NCBI RefSeq assembly: GCF_964204865.1
Contig: NC_135262.1
Span: 7,812,001 to 7,876,000, forward strand
Source of the DNA: Styela clava
Taxonomy: Eukaryota
Reading direction: 5' to 3'
Length of the DNA: 64,000 nt
How positions within the stretch are numbered: the first letter of the stretch is position 1; each line of letters starts with the position of its first letter. The notes beneath the pieces are model-generated. The model was not told the DNA's origin. It saw only the letters and a program-made list of their open reading frames with translations, and searched no databases. Shown here in pieces: positions 57,501-64,000 of this stretch. The position numbers and the translations under genes were made by a program.

Positions 57501-60500
57501 TTCAAAGTCGACGATATGGTTCTGCTAGTTGATGAATCGATTCCTCGCGGTCGATGGACTGTTGGAAGGGTTATAAATACCTTCCCAGACAAACATGGAC
57601 TCGTCCGCTCAGTGTTGGTGAGAACCGGCACGAATGTTGTCAGACGACCCATTACTAAACTATGTCGATTTCTAGAAGACCAAAAATAGTCCATCGAATT
57701 ATTGTTTCATTTACAACGTTTAATTTTTTTTTTAGAATATATTCCCTGGGTCATATATTCGGGTGGGGGTATGTTACGTTGTAAACGTACGTTTGTCGTA
57801 TATTTTGCCACTGTATGCAGTGCATCGTGCTCTGCCTTGCATCCAATCATTGTAGACTCATTATTACCCTTTGTTTGTAGCGTAAATTAGTATTATTATC
57901 TATTGTCTGGTTTAGCGTTTTCCTTTCGGTCATTTGCATCACGTATTCGTCGTGTAAAGAGTCGCAGATATTTGTCTGTATTGTGGACTGTTTATTTATT
58001 TGTTATATATTGTAATTGTATTAGCCTCCCGGATCGGAAAACGTTTGGTGAGAAATTTGCCTTTTGTTGTTGTTATATGCTTTGACTTATGTTAATCAAT
58101 TTTGTTTTATTTTATTTAAGAAAACCGCCGTTCTTTGCCAAGAATATAAAGAAGTGATTTATGCACGTGTCTTGTTTGTGGACAAAGGGGCTGAGAGTGG
58201 CGCGTTCGATACGTTTTCATTGTGTCTCGTCGATATAGATTCCGGGCTATCAAAAGACGTGACAATATGATAGATATAAAAAATTTTATTGTTGCCCAAA
58301 AAATTAAATTCATTCAAACACTCTTGAATGAGGAAGTTAATCCAGTGTGGAAATTGATTGAGATGGAAGTGCTTAGCCAATACTGTTTTCAAGCATTGCT
58401 TGAAGGAAAATTGAGCTCAAATTCATATGTTCTGAAGCATTTACCTTTAACATCCATACGAAATGTATTTAAAAACTGGTATTTCTGTAAAAATGTGCTT
58501 TTTGATTGGAAAATGTCAAATTTTGATCAACCTATATGGTACAACAAAAGTATTTCTTATGCCAGAAAACAATTTTTTATAAAGTCTTGGTATGATCATG
58601 GTATAAAAGCTGTAAGACATTTAGCAAATGTGGGTAATTTGTTTACTTATAGAGAGTTGACTGAAAAATATGGCATGCAATATAGTGATGAAGAGTATGT
58701 GAATTATTATCGCATCACTGGAGTTCTACCCGATTATTGGTTATGCAATATTGGAAACTGTGTTGATTTTAGTGTAATAAGTGACACTGAAGAGAATGTA
58801 TGTCATTTTATTTCTGAAACATTCGAATCAGGAAAAGTAAATAAAAGCATCTATAAAAAGTTGAACCTTATCAAATTTATATCCCCTGATAAATCAAGAA
58901 AAAAATGGACAGATCTTTTGTATTTAGAGAGTGATTTTAATTGGAATAAATTGTATATGGATATCTTTTATTGTACTATTGAAACTAAATTGCAATCTTT
59001 TCATGTAAAGCTATTTCATGGTGCCATAGTACTAAACGATAGATTGTATAAATTTAAACTTGTTTCATCAGAGTTATGTGATTTCTGTCATTCGAATGTT
59101 GAAACTACTGACCATTTCTTCTATGATTGTATAGTTGTCCAACAGTTTTGGGAATTTCTGAACATGTGGATATATTCAAAAACAGGGATTAATTTTAACT
59201 TTTCAAAAAAAGATTGCATGTTGGGATATGTTTGCCAATTCTATAACAAATTGTGTAATTGTATACTTCTTACTGCCCGGTTTTATCTATATCGTTGTAA
59301 GATACAGAAAAAGAAACCACTGTTCTATGTTTTTACCTCATATCTTCATGAAGTGAGGGAAATTGAGCGGTTCATTGCACATAAAAATGGCAAAATAAAG
59401 AAACATTATCAAAAATGGAAAATTTTAGGATATACACACAATAATTGATTATTTTTATATGATGAATTGTGATTATGTAGTTTCTATGAATATTGATTAA
59501 TAATGCTGTAGATATTGTAGATGTATCGATTAACTGTGTTTTATATAATAATAAATATATATAAAAAAAAAAAAAAAAAAAAAAAAAAGACTCCGCGTCA
59601 ACTGCAACAAGCCGATATCCATTTGACATTTTGTTACATTATGTTATTTATTCATTTTTCATATCGCGTATTGTTTTTTGCATGACGAAAATAAATATCT
59701 GAATCTGAATCTGAGATCAATTAAACAAACCAGATAGAATTGCGGATAAAGATGGGAATCTCATCAGTCGACTTTACTGAAATCAAAACTCAAGTCAAAA
59801 CTATTGACTTCGTCAAATTTTCTTGTTTTCGCTCTTGCTGATAATGTAAAAAAAAATTTCAATTGTATACAATCTACAAAACTAGTACCGTTTACTAGTA
59901 TTCTTTGCTCTCAGTTCGCCGACGTGGGTATAATAATTATATTGGCTGTCAATTTGCGGAATACAGAAATAATAGTTGATTAAAATAAAAATGTGGATTG
60001 TCATCGCAGATCATGTATCTCAACGAGTTATTTTCTTACATTTCAGAGTTTTACCAATTTGAATAAATCAGCGATTCGCTACGTTTCTTGGTCGATCTAC
60101 AAAGAATGATTCGAAACCTTACTAATATCCTCGTTTTGGGGTTGAAAAATCCAAGCCATTGCAATATCGAAAATATCTTATTTATGTCAGGTTTAGCAGA
60201 CCAGATTGAAGTGGAAATGATAGACACAAAGCCAGCTACTTCGATTTTGTATGGCGATGGCCCAGGTTACTTAGGAGAAGGAACCCTGAATGTTGTTCAA
60301 ATAAATCCAAACGAAAAATTTGAGCGGGAGAATATTACACTTGTCGACACAGGTAAGATCAGTTCAAATTTAGATGAAGTTTAGTAATAACGGTGGCAGA
60401 GAATTCCCATCTAACAGATTAAAGATTTATCAAACGTACTTCGACTTTCTCTGAGGTTGTATAAAAGCTGCTAATCACCTGCTTTACTGGTAAACATTAC

Positions 60501-61715
60501 CGATCTATTCGCTGAAAAAATAGATATTTATAAACCAGAAAAATCCATCACAAGCCACGCAAAAATTCATGCCTTATAAAGTAGGAAATCAGTCAATTTA
60601 GCAGTTAATGCAACGTTTATTATTTCAGCCGGAAGGACATACCGGCAGCAATCCGCGGTTCCCAGAACTTCAGAGTCGCATGCAGGAGACGATGTTCCTA
60701 TTTATGCCAGAGGACCAATGGCTCATCTTTTTCACGGAGTTCACGAACAGAATTATATTGCACACGTGATGAGGTAATTTGTATTGGTATTAAAATGAAA
60801 TTGGAATTATGAATAAAATATCGATGATGAAATATTGTATATCTTATCTGATCAATAGACAGAATATAATATGATAAAATTATAATTTTATAATTCTGTT
60901 CAATCACATTGAAAACTTTTATACGAGTTGCTTTGCAGTTATTTTCTCTTAAGAATACTTTAAATCAGGGGTCCTAGCATTGTGTTGTTTTTAGAGACTT
61001 GAATCGTTGGATGATTAGCTCAAACCAATATAGCTAACTATTCGAAGCCTAAATTTCTGGTTCATGTTGAGCTAAACATACAGCGGCAACATCGATAACA
61101 TTTAGGCAAATCGAAGGGTTCATTCGATACCTTCAGAAATAAAAAACATCAATATCTTTAAATATATTCCTCACAAACGATGAACTATAGTACAATCTCT
61201 TACTTGAACGGAGACTCGGAGAGAGAGTTATGTATATTTAGGATCTTTTCAGATTCCCTCCATTTATAATATTACAAATTGCAAAAATTTATACGCAATG
61301 GACAGAACCATTCTCCGAGACCCTACTCCCACTGCCAAAATGAGAATATGGACAACTATTGAGTGACGTAATATACAGATTCATAATTCAGTTAATTTGT
61401 CACCTTGCGATTGAAAAATTTACTTTAAAGGGATACTGTAGATAAGAAGCCTCAAGAAATCAGACCATTCAGATATATTATGAAACAGTATACTTTTTCT
61501 TCAGATATGCTTCCTGCCTGGATGCTGACAAAGCTCATTGTGCTCCGAAAACCGACGGAACCGGACCTTACGTTCATTTTCTTTCGTTGAATCTAACAAA
61601 ATTGCAAGCTCGCTTCGCTCTATACTTTATGTTTGCGTTGTTGATTTGCTCCGCTTTAGTTTTGATTTTCCTAACTTATTTGTTTTTGGCAAGGAAATTC
61701 AGAAATCGAAAATAG
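45594..61715 (+). CDS. Alkaline phosphatase. Exons approx. 45594-45699, 45914-46028, 46198-46318, 47361-47535, 48073-48248, 48368-48572, 49315-49461, 49537-49716, 60191-60352, 60629-60772, 61505-61715 (alternative in-frame ATG at 45570)
   Basis: [23 protein letters not shown] (catalytic Ser), [44 protein letters not shown] and [11 protein letters not shown]. The C-terminus is hydrophobic and followed by RKFRNRK*. Confidence 0.92.
46535..46830 (+). repeat. Dispersed repeat in an ALP intron, related to 43195-43640
   Basis: Shares long near-identical blocks with 43195-43640. Confidence 0.7.
47569..47730 (+). mobile_element. Partial copy of the CTCC-AAGTA MITE family
   Basis: ctccagaagtttgtgtaccaatatggaggtaactaac... 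is collinear with 10293-10455. Confidence 0.75.
48784..48885. mobile_element. 102-bp palindromic mini-member of the CTCC-AAGTA MITE family
   Basis: ctcctgaagtatgcgcaccaagatg ... catcttgttgtgcatacttcaggag. Confidence 0.8.
49918..51265 (+). CDS. LINE ORF1 (CCHC zinc knuckle, Cys-rich C-terminus) with an apparent +1 frameshift near 51015-51025
   Basis: [22 protein letters not shown] knuckle. The CxxC pattern at the end of ORF 49876-51039 continues in ORF 51005-51265, whose stop overlaps the ORF2 ATG (ATGGCTGA). Confidence 0.8.
51258..53864 (+). CDS. LINE ORF2, 5' segment (APE endonuclease and reverse transcriptase)
   Basis: SLNTGG, FLQETH, GGDFN, RIDM, SDH; [39 protein letters not shown]. Interrupted after GGVDM. 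Confidence 0.93.
53865..54357 (+). repeat. 5' LTR (493 bp)
   Basis: tgttacgttg...gacgtgaca; appears identical to 57772-58264. Confidence 0.95.
54503..56635 (+). CDS. BEL/Pao Gag and aspartic protease
   Basis: [13 protein letters not shown], three Cys/His knuckles ([43 protein letters not shown]), [17 protein letters not shown] and [10 protein letters not shown]. Confidence 0.9.
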   Translation: MATGGRSDDQHQAMISNAPGSFNEFKTHLDVCRSSSDVSDVGSSASSTFSVRNARVKLELARLKARQEEELSALEDDLRKLRTRHALQAAETESKVWEMSDDKFLRWVTVDRIRHDNSVKTRDFPPKSQLIDNGRENTPRRLPTHTADSSSANPVPPRLNHALHRRTVDLPKPEIAKFSGDPMEYYSFIRNFKAHVTDLVDDDNVRLSYLLQLCQGEAKNAIDHCSMMEPSRGYREAMRELKNEYGKDHVISRTCLDRLKRGPKLNFDDAKGMQAYARLMRKCGLVLGEISEYDNLNNFDNLLAIVKRLPPESQNAWDFKVATILETEDREASYNDLSKFVTEQANVSRSDFRFARRDRRQSNYYENSKAKGSAFAISASGSNWHCPCCNFSHELFNCKKFKVLSWYERYNVARRNQLCFKCLRRGHMFRQCTQNESCPIHDCKYPFHHVLLHRDFETPTRRDGISKQICSVGTSMNHADHDVHANKLAPAKQQGNTGVYMNIVPVTVTAGNRAFDTYALLDCASTTTMCSVKLMNKLNLTGVPIDVTLQTVGNRPKCVKAKKLSPLLVKEIDGHDDCIELPNVLCVSNLPIKPNKLPSRSSLRKLSYLSDIDFPRIHDGEVTLLIGADVPEVFVWEEFRKGRSQQPIAVKTPLGWSLMGPSLTVYENTSINFVDTNPLASQIERLWRTDFADVPSICDTKTSKLPAKIE
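56619..57689 (+). pseudogene. Disrupted BEL/Pao pol: pre-RT segment fused out of frame to the C-terminal half of integrase
   Basis: GHYELPLLW...[10 protein letters not shown] jumps directly to [15 protein letters not shown]...DNGSNF...GGVFERMI...LNSRP...LTPNHLL...[10 protein letters not shown]...RPITKLC. RT, RNase H and the integrase N-terminus are absent. Confidence 0.88.
57772..58264 (+). repeat. 3' LTR (493 bp)
   Basis: Direct repeat of the 5' LTR; ORF-track peptides from both copies are identical. Confidence 0.95.
58270..59448 (+). CDS. LINE ORF2, 3' segment (zf-RVT-type C-terminal zinc finger)
   Basis: Continues in frame from 53864 (GGVDM/IDIKNF); QPIWYNK; [18 protein letters not shown]; ends YQKWKI...*. 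Confidence 0.92.
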   Translation: MDIKNFIVAQKIKFIQTLLNEEVNPVWKLIEMEVLSQYCFQALLEGKLSSNSYVLKHLPLTSIRNVFKNWYFCKNVLFDWKMSNFDQPIWYNKSISYARKQFFIKSWYDHGIKAVRHLANVGNLFTYRELTEKYGMQYSDEEYVNYYRITGVLPDYWLCNIGNCVDFSVISDTEENVCHFISETFESGKVNKSIYKKLNLIKFISPDKSRKKWTDLLYLESDFNWNKLYMDIFYCTIETKLQSFHVKLFHGAIVLNDRLYKFKLVSSELCDFCHSNVETTDHFFYDCIVVQQFWEFLNMWIYSKTGINFNFSKKDCMLGYVCQFYNKLCNCILLTARFYLYRCKIQKKKPLFYVFTSYLHEVREIERFIAHKNGKIKKHYQKWKILGYTHNN

Positions 61716-62767
61716 ATTACATATTCTGTATTTACTCTTTCGAAAACCCTTGGTCATACGATGAATCAAGTATTCCTTGCATCGGGGACTAAAAATGAAG
61801 TTCAATTCCATGATGATCTTTAGAAATATGAATAAGAATATATTATGAGTAATGCAAAGGATCATTTTCAATTTTTTGCAATCATGACCTGTATTGGAAA
61901 CCACAAAATGAATCACGGAATTTTCTGTTTGAAGTTTTGATTCGAACGTTGAAATAATCGAATCATTTTTGATTATATTTAACCAGCCCTAACAATTTAG
62001 TCGAATGTGCTCTTATCATCTGTTCTCTGCGTTAAAAATAACTAGGTACATTCAAATCATATTAACCCAGCACGTTTGACTAAATGCTCTCAATGTAATT
62101 TGTGTGAGTGAGGAACAAGAAAATATAACAGGAAATCGTTCATTTTTTCATTTACCGAATAAGGAAAAATGAAAAAATTGGTGAATTGAGACGCGATAAA
62201 CCAGTAACGGTTATCGAGCAACTTCACCTACGATGGAGTCAAACAATAAATCATACTGATGAAAAAGCCTGAAGTTATAGGTGGAGACAACATTTATCGC
62301 ATTTTGCTACTATTGGGATCGTGCTTAAACAAAAACGGCTTTTCAAATTTCACGGCGTCTGGAGCCGAATTATAGAAGTGTTGAAGGTTTCTCCCGAAGT
62401 GAGGAGTCTCGCAAAAATATACAATCTTGAATCAGAGATTTGTGTATTGTATTGTGCCATGATGACGAGTTTTCTATATCCAATATTTTTATTTAAAATA
62501 TAATTTTTGTACATTTAACTGAAACAGCATCAGTGCTGTACTCTCTTCTAGTCTACCGTGACCGGTCGAGGGACCGATATGTGCCTCTTGTGGACTGGAT
62601 TGGGTACCACCGACGTCAGTATAATTTAGAGTTGAATATATAAAAGGTGAGGTTTGCTATGAACTGAATTTGACAGGCGCGACACGACCCAGAATAAAAC
62701 TGTCCAGGTTAACTGCTTAACGTGAGCTAAATATTAATTGAACTAACGGAATATCATACCCGAACTA

Positions 62768-62874
62768 ATGAAAACAAGAGGACATAACGACAATGTAACA
62801 CCCACGAACACCACACCTGATTTGAAGAGAAGAGCAGGAAGTTTGACCATACCCTGCGTCGATATCGGCAAACC
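62768..62874 (+). CDS. Possible first coding exon of a downstream gene
   Basis: GACGTCA (62612) and TATATAAAA (62637) upstream; open frame MKTRGHND...LKRRAGSLTIPCVDIGKP ending at a GT donor (gtaacg). No recognisable family. Confidence 0.25.
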
Positions 62875-64000
62875 GTAACGTTATACTTTCGAAGTATCTC
62901 AAAAAGCTATTCAATATACTTTTACTAAATTGATAAATTTATAGGATAGGACTTGACGTAAAACATATATATGAATCTTTTTCATGATAATTAATTTTTT
63001 TTGGCAAATTCGATTCTATAATTTATTGATTGGATAAAATAAATGGTTGCATCATTATTCTTTGCAGTTCAATGCGCTTAAAGAAGGAAAATTGTGAGCG
63101 TGTCATTTTGAATATAAATGTGAAAAAGATTCGAACTTGTATTTAGTATGAAAAATGTGAGATATCGATTTATTTTAAATGAAGGCGCGAACTCTCATAT
63201 CCTGTGCATGATAAGGATCATCATAATTATTACTTTAGGGCTAGGCGCTAGAGCAGTGTTTTCCAATTTTTTTTTTATCCACGTACCATTTCGAGGTTTT
63301 ATGCAGCGCTCGCGTACCACCTACATAAAATTTTTGAGACTTTTTGTGCCGCTCTTCTCTAACATAAATTATTATCCAAATCTCAACTAAGAGAAAACTG
63401 TAAGGTAAACTTTTTTAATTTATTAAATGTTGTAAAGAAGCTTCCATCAATGATTAAGACAATTTATGTTTTAGTATGAAAATCGTTGTAGCACGGAATT
63501 TTGAATTTAAGTCAGTTAAGCGACAAATCTTACGTCACAATGGTCAATGTTTGTTGGTGTGTTGGCGGTATTACAGCTGATTACGGTTAGGTAATCTCAG
63601 TTACTGCGCGATATTTGTAAAGTCAGAATGGGAAAAAAGAATACGCATTTACCAGTCATGAGAATAAACCTGTGCGCTTGATCTGTCATAAGCTACTAAG
63701 TCAGAATAAAGTCAGAAATGTCAAATGGCACCATGAAACGAATCATGAAAACTTCTTACGAAACTACCCTCGTATTCTATAAAGGGTAAGGTAAATCTCG
63801 TAAAGCTATAAGGAAACACAAATAGAATGAGCTCAAATTGTTATTAAAAAGACAGCGGAAATTTATGTTATCATTTGGCAAGGAATCTGATACAACAACT
63901 GAAGCTAGTTTTGTTATAGCATAGAATATTGCTTGCGCTAAACACCCATACTCTAACTCCGATTTCGTAAAAAAAGTTTAACAAATGAACATGTGACAGA

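Larger units (their letters stand above)
53865..58264 (+). mobile_element. BEL/Pao LTR retrotransposon, non-autonomous (RT/RNase H deleted), 4400 bp
   Basis: TG...CA LTRs of 493 bp, 5-bp TSD ATATG (53860-53864 and 58265-58269), purine tract gggtggggg before the 3' LTR, BEL-type gag, protease and integrase C-terminus. Confidence 0.95.
49862..59588 (+). mobile_element. L1/Tx1-type non-LTR retrotransposon, near full length, interrupted by a BEL/Pao element
   Basis: ORF1 plus ORF2 (APE endonuclease, RT, C-terminal CCHC), poly(A) tail at 59563-59588, and a perfect 10-bp TSD gactccgcgt (49852-49861 and 59589-59598). Confidence 0.95.
49761..59712 (+). mobile_element. Putative 3' remnant of a CR1/L2-like retroposon, split by the L1/Tx1 insertion (own sequence 49761-49861 plus 59599-59712)
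   Basis: gactagatgactctatgagtcttttc stem-loop, AATAAA followed by an (ATCTGA)3 tail, and flanking near-direct repeats gagatcaagttaa (49748-49760) and gagatcaattaa (59713-59724). Confidence 0.5.

Overview
AT-rich, intron-containing (GT-AG) animal genomic DNA, probably from an invertebrate chordate such as an ascidian (inference from gene content and style, not proven). It is not prokaryotic, so most short ORFs in the track are exon fragments or noise. Gene order: 3' end of an SNX14-like sorting nexin (+); a type II membrane fibrinogen-related protein with three duplicated 117-nt neck exons (+); two tail-to-tail SLC3A1/rBAT-like GH13 paralogues (+/-); two tandem trypsins (+); and an alkaline phosphatase (+). 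One SLC3A1-like copy keeps the whole GH13 catalytic triad and the other has lost all three residues. The alkaline phosphatase ends in a transmembrane helix plus a basic tail rather than a classic GPI signal. Its 10.5-kb intron holds a nested retroelement stack: an internally deleted BEL/Pao LTR element with apparently identical 493-bp LTRs, inside an L1/Tx1-type LINE with an unusual Cys-rich ORF1 tail, which itself sits in what looks like the 3' end of an older CR1/L2-like retroposon. Many MITEs (hAT-like, TA-flanked, Helentron-like, foldback) fill introns and intergenic regions. A GC-rich, hairpin-dense island at about 4.55-4.94 kb is unexplained. All exon boundaries and alignments were read by eye.
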